DNA of 64,000 bases from Ignavibacteria bacterium (GTDB lineage Bacteria; Bacteroidota; Ignavibacteria; Tepidaquicellales; OLB5), in assembly GCA_049516635.1 (NCBI GenBank), contig JBEKSX010000010.1, forward strand, positions 6,541 through 70,540, in the 5' to 3' direction. Of the stretch, positions 20,031-28,406 are shown piece after piece. The notes below the pieces were generated by a model. The model ran no database searches. It was given only the letters and a program-made list of their open reading frames with translations, and was not told the origin of the DNA. Both the position numbers and the translations under genes were made by a program. Numbering within the stretch: the first letter of the stretch is position 1; every line of letters starts with the position of its first letter.

Positions 20031-20777
20031 ATGAAAACATTATTCACCTCATTATTTTTATTATTATTCATGCTTTCCGGATGCGTAAGCAGGAACGAAC
20101 CTAACGTCGGACACGGACCTGTTGCAAAAACAGAGTCTTCTGCAAATGATATTTCAAAAATAGAACCCAAAAAAGATTCGGTTATTAATGAAGCAAAGAA
20201 TATCAATAAAAAAACGGGAAATATCAGGATACTGGAATTTGATAAAAACTCCATCCCGTCAGAATGCGAATACAAAGGAAATATAGAAGCAGGTTCGAAA
20301 TGGATCGATAATAACGGTGAGAACATCCTCATCATTTCCAATACTCCTGTTAAAAGACTCAGTGAGGACGAGAGAGAGCAATACTTTTACGCATATTGCT
20401 ATACAAAGGTAGATGATAAATATAGCCTGTTATGGCAGATAAATGACCATGCTACAAGCCATTGTGATATTGGAGCGGAATATCTGAAAGGGACTCTGGA
20501 AATAAAGGATATTGACGGAGATGGTATAGCAGAAAATGCTTTTATATATAAGCTTGAAGCGAGATGTGACGTTTCCCCTATTCCCATAAAGCTGATGATG
20601 CACAGCGGAGCTAAAAAACTCGTTATCAGGGGAACAACTAAAGAGGATGTAGGTAACGGAGTAATAGTCGGCGGCGAAAAACACTTTGATGCTGCTTTCA
20701 GTACCTCCAACGATATTTTCAAAAATTATGCATCTGATAAATGGGACGAATATATGAAAAACTATAGAAATCATTGA
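20031..20777 (+). CDS. Hypothetical lipoprotein
   Basis: 248 aa. Lipobox LFMLSGC, and a DIDGDGIAE Ca-binding-like motif. No other family assignment. Confidence 0.55.
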   Translation: MKTLFTSLFLLLFMLSGCVSRNEPNVGHGPVAKTESSANDISKIEPKKDSVINEAKNINKKTGNIRILEFDKNSIPSECEYKGNIEAGSKWIDNNGENILIISNTPVKRLSEDEREQYFYAYCYTKVDDKYSLLWQINDHATSHCDIGAEYLKGTLEIKDIDGDGIAENAFIYKLEARCDVSPIPIKLMMHSGAKKLVIRGTTKEDVGNGVIVGGEKHFDAAFSTSNDIFKNYASDKWDEYMKNYRNH

Positions 20778-20814
20778 AGTTTATATTATTTTTAAAATTA
20801 ACAATATTTAAATT

Positions 20815-21906
20815 ATGAAAACAAAAATATTACAATCTTTGATGATCTTAATACTCCTTATGGGTATTTTATCGATCTCGAGCAATTCAGAGCCGAGGAG
20901 AGTTCTGATGGAATTTTGTACCGGAACGTGGTGCGGATATTGTCCGTGCGGAGATTCAATCATTTCTAATTTCATTTTGACTCAGCATCCTCAAACTGTA
21001 GTATTGGCATATCATGGTCCTCCTAACACGTCAAGTGACCCAATGAGTTATTTTCATGGAAATGATATAATAACCATCACCGGATACACAGGATATCCCC
21101 TTGCTATCTTTGACAGACAGTCGGGTACACCTATGGATTATGATTACAGCTGGCCTGACACGTGTCATGTGAGGTATGTACGTACTCCAAATACTTTAAT
21201 AAATTTAGCCTTTACATCAAAAGACTATAATCCATTAACGGGTATATTTTCTGCTACAATAAACGCAACAGCATTGCAGAATTTGTACGGGACTTACAGT
21301 ATTAATTTTGTTATTACTGAGGATAATATCGTATACCCTCAAACTTATTATGCTTACTGCGGAATTGCTGGTCTTCATCAAAATTTTATTCATAACTGGG
21401 TTGTAAGGAATATGGTTAACGGTGCAAGAGGTGATACTCTGAATACAAGTCCATGGAATCAAAACCAAACCATTACAAAAATTATTACAGACACAATACA
21501 TACAGGATGGGTAGCGGATAATTGTAAGCTGATAGTTTTCATATATAAAGATTCCACAACTATGATCGCAAGCACAGTTCAGCAGAGTATAGCACAGTTA
21601 GTAACACAACCGATAGGAATAAATAAATCTCAAGAAACCCCGGAGAAATATTCACTATTACAGAACTATCCAAATCCATTCAATCCTGTAACCAATATTA
21701 AATACACGCTTCCAAAGGAAGGACATGTCAGTCTAAAAGTTTATGACATTATGGGTAATGTGGTAGCGGTATTTATTGACAGTTACCAGATAGCCGGAAC
21801 ATACAATGCGGAGTTCGACGGTTCTAACTTAGCCAGCGGGCTATATTTCTATACTTTGAGAGCGGACAGTTATGCAGAAACGAAAAAGATGGTCTTGCTA
21901 AAATAA
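20815..21906 (+). CDS. Thioredoxin-fold (Omp28-related-like) secreted protein with T9SS CTD
   Basis: 363 aa with a signal peptide. Cys cluster EFCTGTWCGYCPCGD. CTD: LLQNYPNPFNPVT...SGLYFYTL...TKKMVLLK. Confidence 0.6.
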   Translation: MKTKILQSLMILILLMGILSISSNSEPRRVLMEFCTGTWCGYCPCGDSIISNFILTQHPQTVVLAYHGPPNTSSDPMSYFHGNDIITITGYTGYPLAIFDRQSGTPMDYDYSWPDTCHVRYVRTPNTLINLAFTSKDYNPLTGIFSATINATALQNLYGTYSINFVITEDNIVYPQTYYAYCGIAGLHQNFIHNWVVRNMVNGARGDTLNTSPWNQNQTITKIITDTIHTGWVADNCKLIVFIYKDSTTMIASTVQQSIAQLVTQPIGINKSQETPEKYSLLQNYPNPFNPVTNIKYTLPKEGHVSLKVYDIMGNVVAVFIDSYQIAGTYNAEFDGSNLASGLYFYTLRADSYAETKKMVLLK

Positions 21907-21965
21907 TGAAATTATTTTAGAAACCCGATTACAGCGGGTTGCTAAAATAGAGTATCAATTTCTAC

Positions 21966-21993
21966 AAAGGCGGTATTTATACCGCCTTTTTTT
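21966..21993 (+). terminator. Intrinsic terminator
   Basis: AAAGGCGGTA (21966-21975), loop TTTA, TACCGCCTTT (21980-21989), then a T-run. Confidence 0.7.
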
Positions 21994-22094
21994 ATTAGTA
22001 AAGTTAACTAATCCCCGACGCTATTTAATTCATTTGTTTTTATGAGATAATGTATTATAATATATGCAGTTATTCCCCTAATGAACTTGTATTA

Positions 22095-22164
22095 TCATTC
22101 CTGCGAAGGCAGGAATCCAATTACTCACAATTTTTACTGGATTCCCTCCTTCGAGGGAATGACA
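22095..22164. repeat. Two oppositely oriented copies of the TGTCATTCC...GGAATCC hairpin repeat family
   Basis: TCATTCCTGC-GAAG-GCAGGAATCC (22095-22118) and GGATTCCCTC-CTTCGA-GGGAATGACA (22139-22164). Related units occur at 24927, 25438-25505, 25967-26020 and 35098. Confidence 0.75.
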
Positions 22165-22184
22165 AGATGAAATAAATTTTTATT

Positions 22185-23549
22185 ATGAAAAAACTATTAC
22201 TACTTATTTTACTGCCTTTATTTCTTGCGGGGCTCTTTATCGCCGTAGCGTCATTCCATCCCGCTTATGACACTCCGCCCCCGTCCGGCTGGTACCAGCA
22301 GTTTATGCCGAATTTGAATGGACAATATATTAAAGATATTACTTTTCTTGATAGCTTGACAGGATATGCAATAACGGACCTGCATTACATTTTGAAAACT
22401 ACTAACAGCGGTGATGTTTGGAAAATAATTCATAATGATACTTCCTCTACCATTGGTTTCACGAGGGTAGAGTTCATAAATCAAAATACAGGTTTCGTAA
22501 GCGGTGGTATGTATTATAGCGGTACATTCCATTTACTGAAAACAACAAATGGGGGGAGCAATTGGTTTACCATAAATACACCGGTAACCCAATACGACAT
22601 GTTTGTATTAAATGAAGATACTATATGGATAACTGATGGAGGAGGTGTAGGCGGTATGTTTCGTACAACCAATGGCGGAATAGAATGGAGTTTACAGTAT
22701 TTTAATTACGGCAACAACCTCGACAAGATCTACATGTACAACCGCAACATTGGCTTTGCGTGTACGGTCTACGAATTATTCAAAACAACAAACAGCGGAT
22801 TGAATTGGATACAGATATCGGGAATATCACAAAGCAACCGTTTTTTTGATATATATTTTGCAGATAGTCTGGTTGGGTGGAGAACCGATGGAGATTCAAT
22901 GAAAATAACTACAGATGGAGGCTTTAATTGGAGTAATCAAGTATTACCACATGGAGGTATGCTATTCCCGCCCGTAATGACTTTATTTTGGAACATAAAT
23001 AGAGATACAATTTGGGGAACCGGAGGGTATATTTTATTTCCGAATAATCAGGCAAGGGGATTATTATATAGAACAACGAATGGGGGTGCTAACTGGTTGT
23101 TCCAGATGCCTGATACGAGTTTCAACATAGCGTATCACTATATTAATTTTTTTAATAGATTAAACGGGTGGTCATACAGCGTGAATCCCATAGGTATACA
23201 TACTACAACTGGGGGAGATTCAGTCTGGTACATAGGCATAGTCCAGCAAAGCAGGGAAGTTCCAAACAACTTCATCTTAAAACAAAACTACCCCAACCCT
23301 TTCAATCCCCGTACGGTGATACCATACAGCTTGAAGTCAGCGGGATATGTGAGAATAATTGCATACGATATTCTCGGCAGGGAAGTGCAGAGGTTGGTTG
23401 ACCAGAAACAAAATGCAGGTGAGTACGAGGTTGATTTTATGGGCAAGTTCTGTTCATCGGGTGTATATTTTTACAGGATGACGGTGGATCCTTCGACAGG
23501 CTCAGGACAGGCTTTTGAAGATACGAAGAAAATGATCTTGCTTAAATAG
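22185..23549 (+). CDS. Ycf48/BNR-like beta-propeller repeat protein with T9SS CTD (tandem paralog 1)
   Basis: 454 aa with a signal/anchor. Repeats: KTTNSGDVW, KTTNGGSNW, RTTNGGIEW, KTTNSGLNW, TTDGGFNW, RTTNGGANW. CTD: QNYPNPFNPRT...SGVYFYRMTVDPSTGSGQAFEDTKKMILLK. Confidence 0.8.
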   Translation: MKKLLLLILLPLFLAGLFIAVASFHPAYDTPPPSGWYQQFMPNLNGQYIKDITFLDSLTGYAITDLHYILKTTNSGDVWKIIHNDTSSTIGFTRVEFINQNTGFVSGGMYYSGTFHLLKTTNGGSNWFTINTPVTQYDMFVLNEDTIWITDGGGVGGMFRTTNGGIEWSLQYFNYGNNLDKIYMYNRNIGFACTVYELFKTTNSGLNWIQISGISQSNRFFDIYFADSLVGWRTDGDSMKITTDGGFNWSNQVLPHGGMLFPPVMTLFWNINRDTIWGTGGYILFPNNQARGLLYRTTNGGANWLFQMPDTSFNIAYHYINFFNRLNGWSYSVNPIGIHTTTGGDSVWYIGIVQQSREVPNNFILKQNYPNPFNPRTVIPYSLKSAGYVRIIAYDILGREVQRLVDQKQNAGEYEVDFMGKFCSSGVYFYRMTVDPSTGSGQAFEDTKKMILLK

Positions 23550-23628
23550 TGCCCACCAGAGGCGGGTCTACCTGAGGGCGGAAAAAAGCGAGATGAGAAA
23601 TAGTGAATTCAATAAAAAAACAAGTATT

Positions 23629-25041
23629 ATGAAAAAACTCAATACACTCTATACACGCGATACATTCTCGACTCTATGCTTCTATCTCGCCATCCTTATT
23701 TTTATCATCGGGTTTAACTTTACCGACAGCCATCCGCCGTCTGGCTGGTACCAGCAGTTTATTCCGAATATAGGAGGAAAGCAAATAGCTGATATTACTT
23801 TCTTAGACAGCTTAACAGGTATTGCAGTTGCAAATCAATATCCAACAGATTCCAACTATGTATTAAAAACAACTAACAGTGGTGATAACTGGCAAATTAT
23901 TTATAGGCAGTATTTTCCAATGCAGCACATTCAGTTCTTGAATTTAAATACAGGTTATGCTTGTGCTGGCTATTTGTATAAAACAATGGACGGTGGATAT
24001 AGCTGGACACAAGTAAATACATCAGGTATATCAGCAGGAAACATGTATGTTCTAAACCAGGACACTATCTGGTTAATCGATAGCGATGCACTGGTTGGCG
24101 GAGTATTCCTAACAACAAACGGGGGAGTGAACTGGACACAGCAATTGTGGTTAGGAGTTGATAACCCCGACCATATTTATATGTTTAACGCTAGGATAGG
24201 GTTTATTTCCAAAACAAATTCTTATACTAGAAAAACTACAGATGGCGGACAGAGCTGGTTTGTACTTACAAACGGCTCAGGTGAAGGATTCTATGATATG
24301 TATTTTGCAGATAGCTTACTTGGATGGGGTGCATTTTATAATATGAGAAAAACTACTAATGGGGGAATAAATTGGATTAATCAAGTATTACCATCAGGGG
24401 GTATTATTTTGACAAATGGAATATATGAGATTTCTAAAACTAGTATTGATACGATTTGGGGTGTGGGGGGGCAAGCATTTTACGGTTCAGGTCAATTTAG
24501 AGGGATAGTTTACAGAACAATTAATGGAGGAACAAATTGGTTGTTTCAAGTTCCCGATACGACCATACATATAGGTAAATATTATTATACAAATTTCATA
24601 TCAAATAAAATGGGATGGGCTTATTCTTTAGCCCCTATGGGTATTCACACTGTAATCGGTGGTGATACAGTCTGGTACATAGGAATAGTTCAGAAAAGCA
24701 AAGAAGTACCAAGAGACTTTGAACTTAAGCAGAACTACCCCAACCCTTTCAATCCGCGTACGGTGATACCATACAGCCTGAAGTCAGCTGGATATGTGAG
24801 GATAATTGCATACGATATTCTCGGCAGGGAGGTGCAGAGATTGGTCGACCAGAAACAAAATGCGGGTGAGTATGAGGTGGATTTTATGGGCAAGTTCTCT
24901 TCATCGGGTGTGTATTTTTATTTAATTGTCATTCCCGACTGCCCGTTCCGCAGGCTGGGCAAAGTTGGAATTAGATTAAAAATTCCAAAGCTCCGTAGGA
25001 GCGCAATATCTATAGTTTATGTTTACACACTTCATTCTTAA
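23629..25041 (+). CDS. Ycf48/BNR-like repeat protein (tandem paralog 2) with its T9SS CTD truncated by a repeat element
   Basis: Start placed at ATG 23629 (MKKLNTLY...), by analogy to paralog 1; the track starts at 23593. It has the same repeat architecture. The CTD matches paralog 1 up to ...SSGVYFY. The reading frame then runs into repeat DNA (LIVIPDCPFRRLGKVGIRLKIPKLRRSAISIVYVYTLHS) instead of ...KKMILLK. Confidence 0.65.
   Translation: MKKLNTLYTRDTFSTLCFYLAILIFIIGFNFTDSHPPSGWYQQFIPNIGGKQIADITFLDSLTGIAVANQYPTDSNYVLKTTNSGDNWQIIYRQYFPMQHIQFLNLNTGYACAGYLYKTMDGGYSWTQVNTSGISAGNMYVLNQDTIWLIDSDALVGGVFLTTNGGVNWTQQLWLGVDNPDHIYMFNARIGFISKTNSYTRKTTDGGQSWFVLTNGSGEGFYDMYFADSLLGWGAFYNMRKTTNGGINWINQVLPSGGIILTNGIYEISKTSIDTIWGVGGQAFYGSGQFRGIVYRTINGGTNWLFQVPDTTIHIGKYYYTNFISNKMGWAYSLAPMGIHTVIGGDTVWYIGIVQKSKEVPRDFELKQNYPNPFNPRTVIPYSLKSAGYVRIIAYDILGREVQRLVDQKQNAGEYEVDFMGKFSSSGVYFYLIVIPDCPFRRLGKVGIRLKIPKLRRSAISIVYVYTLHS
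24927..24972. repeat. Hairpin repeat (TGTCATTCC...GGAAT family) inside the 3' end of the paralog-2 ORF
   Basis: TTGTCATTCCCGACTGCCCGTTCCGCAGGCTGGGCAAAGTTGGAATT. Compare 35098-35145: TGTCATTCCTGCAGCCTGCCCCTGCCAACGGCGGGAAGGCTGGAATCC. Confidence 0.7.
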
Positions 25042-25149
25042 GCTCCATAGGAGCGAAATAATTAAGATGTATGATATGATTATTTCGCCCCTACGGGGCT
25101 TATGATACGATTTTAATCTTTACTATAGACATTTCGCTCCTACGGAGCT
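24989..25149. repeat. Four copies of a 22-27 bp unit (AGCTCCGTAGGAGCGAAAT..) arranged + + - - as nested inverted repeats
   Basis: A = 24989-25015 (AGCTCCGTAGGAGCGCAATATCTATAG). B = 25041-25062. B' = 25079-25100. A' = 25123-25149 (CTATAGACATTTCGCTCCTACGGAGCT). A and A' differ at 2 positions. Each unit has an internal GCTCC/GGAGC stem. Confidence 0.8.
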
Positions 25150-25373
25150 GAATTTAACTTCTTTCAGGTTCGTATCCGGAGTTACTTTGACGTGACCCTT
25201 ATTCTAAAGATTTCGCAGATTAATCAGTGTAATCGTTAATTCATTTAAATCAGCGGTTCTCCACTGGAGTCCTTCGGACAGACAAACTTACCCCTGACTA
25301 TCGCAGTTATGATAAATTATTGCCTTGATTTCTGCAGATTAGTTTAGTATATTTGTATATGAAGTTTTTGCTT

Positions 25374-25505
25374 GTCTCCCCTTTACAGCCAGCCCGTCCG
25401 AAGGCGGGAAAGGGGAGATTCAGAGGGGTTCTTAATTGGATTCCTGCTGGAGCTTACCCCGCACTTGCCTGCCCGACGCAGGCGGGATGCGGGGCAGGAA
25501 TGACA
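25374..25505 (+). repeat. Composite two-hairpin repeat, copy 1 (132 bp)
   Basis: TCTCCCCTTT...AAAGGGGAGA hairpin followed by an ATTCCTGC...CCCCGCA...TGCGGGGCAGGAATGACA hairpin. It is a direct repeat of 25906-26020, at roughly 85% identity by eye, and carries an extra ~18-nt hairpin (CCTGCCCGACGCAGGCGG). Confidence 0.8.
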
Positions 25506-25905
25506 ATGGGGATGTGTAGGGTAACTAAGTTACCCTAACTTAAATTTCAAAAATGTGCCGATTCTAGTTTATATTCATAACATTTCGGGCTGGGGGGTAA
25601 CTTAAGTTACCCGGGGGGTACCCCAGGAAGTTTAAAGTTAAAAATTGAAAATTCAACTTTAAATCAGCAAAATTCAAAAGAAACTCATCTCCCCTTTGCT
25701 AAGGGGGAGTACCCCGACTTCGTCGGGGGGTAGGGGTATGAAATGACTACTAAGTCATCATTACTTAAGCAACCTAAAAGTGGTGATTCTGAGCTTCCTT
25801 ATTACTTGGCATTACTTAAGTAATGGGGGGGGTAGTAAGTTGAAAATTGTCCACAGGACTCCTGCGGAGAAAATTTAAAATTAAAAAAATGAATAATTCT
25901 TTTTT

Positions 25906-26020
25906 GTCCCCCCTTAGCAGCCTGCCCGTCCGAAGGCGGGAAAGGGGGGCTAGGGGGGTTCTAAACTGGATTCCCGCCCGGAGGAGTTTACCCCGCACTT
26001 GATGCGGGGCAGGAATGACA
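25906..26020 (+). repeat. Composite two-hairpin repeat, copy 2 (115 bp)
   Basis: TGTCCCCCCTTAGCAGCCTGCCCGTCCGAAGGCGGGAAAGGGGGG...GGATTCCCGCCCGGAGGAGTTTACCCCGCACTTGATGCGGGGCAGGAATGACA, aligned by eye to copy 1. Confidence 0.8.
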
Positions 26021-26127
26021 CCTTCGGAGAAAATGAAATAGACAAATTCCTGCGTATTTACATTTTATAATTGAAATGCAATCTCTAAATTACATTTTTA
26101 TTTCATGAAGATTTCGCTGAATAATAA

Positions 26128-27783
26128 ATGATAAAGACCAGTACGACTGCTGTATTTATAGCAATAATTCTATGTTTTTCCGCTTTACAGAAAATTTACC
26201 CGCAGGAGATCCAGCAACAGCCGTGTGAAGTGTTAAAGTACAAGCTCAATCTCGATATCTACGGATGCTTCGTCAAGCCGTTCCCCCACTCGTTCAGCGG
26301 CTCAAGCGAGATGACCATAGTTGCCGATACTCTTATGAATTCGCTCCAGCTTAACGCCGAAAGTTATTCGTTAAAGATTGACTCAATTTCACCTTCGGAC
26401 TTTAAGTATAGTCACAAATGGAATACTCTTACAATTACATTAGACAGATACTATTATAAAGATGATACGGTTACATTCACTATATACTTCCATCACAAGG
26501 ATGTTTTCGACGAGGCATTCTATACCGAGGCATTCTATACCGGGAACGGACTTGTCTATACTGACTGCGAGTCCCGCAAAGCCCGCAGGTGGTTTCCCTG
26601 TATAGACGATCCATCTAAAAAAGCACTGTTGGAACTGACAGCTAAGGTCCCTTCCAATATTAAATTCGGATCGAACGGTTATCTTGCGGATTCTACAGCG
26701 GATGGGGATACTACTTTTTATCACTGGATAAGTCCGGAACCGATTGCGACTTACTTGATTGCAGTAGCGGGATGTACACGATATAATCTTGATATCATGA
26801 ACTGGGACGATAATGGAAGGAATATCCCTATAAGATTCTATTACAAACCCTGGGAAAATATGGATAGTTTGAAAAACATAAAGGATATAATTATCCCGCT
26901 TGCACAATACTTTTCAAGTTTATTTGGAGATTATCCTTTCGATAAAATAGGTTTTGCAACTACGGACAGTCTTTTCCTATGGGGCGGGATGGAAAACCAG
27001 ACTATGATACTCATATGTCCTCACTGCTGGCAGGAATCCCTCATAGCTCACGAGTTCGCACACCAGTGGTTCGGGGACATGATCTCTCCCCGTTCCTGGG
27101 CTGATATCTGGCTGAACGAAGGTTTCGCAACCTACTGCGAAGCTCTCTGGGCTGAACACACAGGCGGATATAAATTTTATAAGGAGGTAATTGAAAAAGA
27201 CGCTTATGAATATCAATTCTATAATCCCGGTACGCCTATATACAGCGATGACTGGGTTTCGAATCCGCCAAGCGATGAGATACTTTTTAATCCGCCTACC
27301 AGCTATGACAAAGCCGGATGCGTTCTTCATATGCTGCGTTATGTCATTGGAGACAGTTTATTTTTCAAGACCTTAAGAGATTATGCCCTAGATCCAAATT
27401 TCAGATTCGGGAACGCATCGACCGCAGATTTTATCGACCTGGTAAATAATACCGCAGGAACGAACCTCACATGGTTCTTCGACGAATGGCTAAAAACTCC
27501 GAACCATCCCGTGTATTCGAATACGTATAAGTTCACCGAGGTAAGTGATAATAATTGGCAGGTTTCCCTAAGAATACGGCAAACTCAGAGGGTAAAGTTT
27601 TTTTCTATGCCTGTCGAAATAAGGGTATTTTTTGTGGGAGCTCCCGATACGACGCTAATCATAAAGAATGATATGAATAATCAGCAGTTCATTTTCAATT
27701 TCCGTCATGAACCGCGCTCACTTATTTTCGATCCCTATGATAATATAGTGTTAAAAGAAGTTAACACAAAAAGGGAAGAATAG
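26128..27783 (+). CDS. M1-family zinc metallopeptidase (aminopeptidase N-like)
   Basis: 551 aa with a signal peptide. GGMENQ (GxMEN exopeptidase motif) and HEFAHQWFGDMISPRSWADIWLNEGFATY (HExxH-x18-E). Confidence 0.85.
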   Translation: MIKTSTTAVFIAIILCFSALQKIYPQEIQQQPCEVLKYKLNLDIYGCFVKPFPHSFSGSSEMTIVADTLMNSLQLNAESYSLKIDSISPSDFKYSHKWNTLTITLDRYYYKDDTVTFTIYFHHKDVFDEAFYTEAFYTGNGLVYTDCESRKARRWFPCIDDPSKKALLELTAKVPSNIKFGSNGYLADSTADGDTTFYHWISPEPIATYLIAVAGCTRYNLDIMNWDDNGRNIPIRFYYKPWENMDSLKNIKDIIIPLAQYFSSLFGDYPFDKIGFATTDSLFLWGGMENQTMILICPHCWQESLIAHEFAHQWFGDMISPRSWADIWLNEGFATYCEALWAEHTGGYKFYKEVIEKDAYEYQFYNPGTPIYSDDWVSNPPSDEILFNPPTSYDKAGCVLHMLRYVIGDSLFFKTLRDYALDPNFRFGNASTADFIDLVNNTAGTNLTWFFDEWLKTPNHPVYSNTYKFTEVSDNNWQVSLRIRQTQRVKFFSMPVEIRVFFVGAPDTTLIIKNDMNNQQFIFNFRHEPRSLIFDPYDNIVLKEVNTKREE

Positions 27784-27806
27784 AATTTGCAAAGGGTACG
27801 AGACTG

Positions 27807-28250
27807 TTACAATCCACCGAACCTGAAGCTCGTGCCTATCAGTACTAATACAATTGACATGATAGCTATCAGTATGATATAGAATGAAGCCGGACCCAAA
27901 TTATCATTGCTCATTTTAGGGGTGATCTTAAGCTTGAGATAATGCGCCAGGAACAATATAATAATTATCAGGATAAGCTTAAGTGTTATATTAGTGGAAA
28001 TGAAATTAGAAAAACTGAACCAGTCAAAAAAGTTGGGAATATAACGGAAAGCTAGGATTATACCAGTAATAAGCTGAAGACCCAGAGCCGGTATCCCTAT
28101 TTTTCCGAAGCTCTTTTCATAGGTTCTGATCACTTCCGCATCTTTCTTTTTCAGGGCTTGCGGCAGATAGACAGCAGAAAATATAATGTAACCGCCCGTC
28201 CATACGCAGGCAAATAAAATATGCAGGATTATTGTTATCTCGTAAATCAT
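27807..28250 (-). CDS. Four-helix integral membrane protein (CopD/HemJ-like, uncertain)
   Basis: 147 aa with four hydrophobic helices. The N-terminal LHILFACVWTGG resembles the H-x7-W-x-G helix of the CopD/HemJ superfamily (from memory). Confidence 0.45.
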   Translation of the reverse strand: MIYEITIILHILFACVWTGGYIIFSAVYLPQALKKKDAEVIRTYEKSFGKIGIPALGLQLITGIILAFRYIPNFFDWFSFSNFISTNITLKLILIIIILFLAHYLKLKITPKMSNDNLGPASFYIILIAIMSIVLVLIGTSFRFGGL

Positions 28251-28406
28251 TTCATTTGTAAATAATATATTTACTAAAAAAGTTCTTTGAAATAATAATA
28301 TTAAAAGAGTGCTTAAGAAAGGAATTAATAAAGGGTATCTGTGCGAGGAATTATATGAGAAATGGCTGAAAAAATAAATTAACTTATACGGCTTCGGGAA
28401 AGAAAT

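Noticed and set aside
23286-24920. Diversity-generating retroelement template/variable repeat pair
   Set aside because: The ~13 mismatches between the two near-identical segments are mixed transitions and transversions, not adenine-specific. They are almost all synonymous. No reverse transcriptase gene is nearby.
25353-25998. Track ORFs 25353-25538 (+) and 25816-25998 (-) as protein-coding genes
   Set aside because: Both are translations of the GC-rich composite repeats (for example ...IPAGAYPALACPTQAGCGAGMT). They have no Shine-Dalgarno site and a composition unlike neighbouring genes. Their similarity to each other is explained by the DNA repeat.
24921-26127. Possible CRISPR array, because of the many short repeats
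   Set aside because: The repeats belong to different families and occur in both orientations. They have irregular spacing and internal palindromes of varying length. There is no constant repeat-spacer periodicity and no cas genes in the window.
27245-27265. tRNA-like GGTTTCGAATCC T-arm sequence
   Set aside because: It lies inside the well-supported M1 peptidase reading frame. No acceptor or anticodon arms can be drawn around it.
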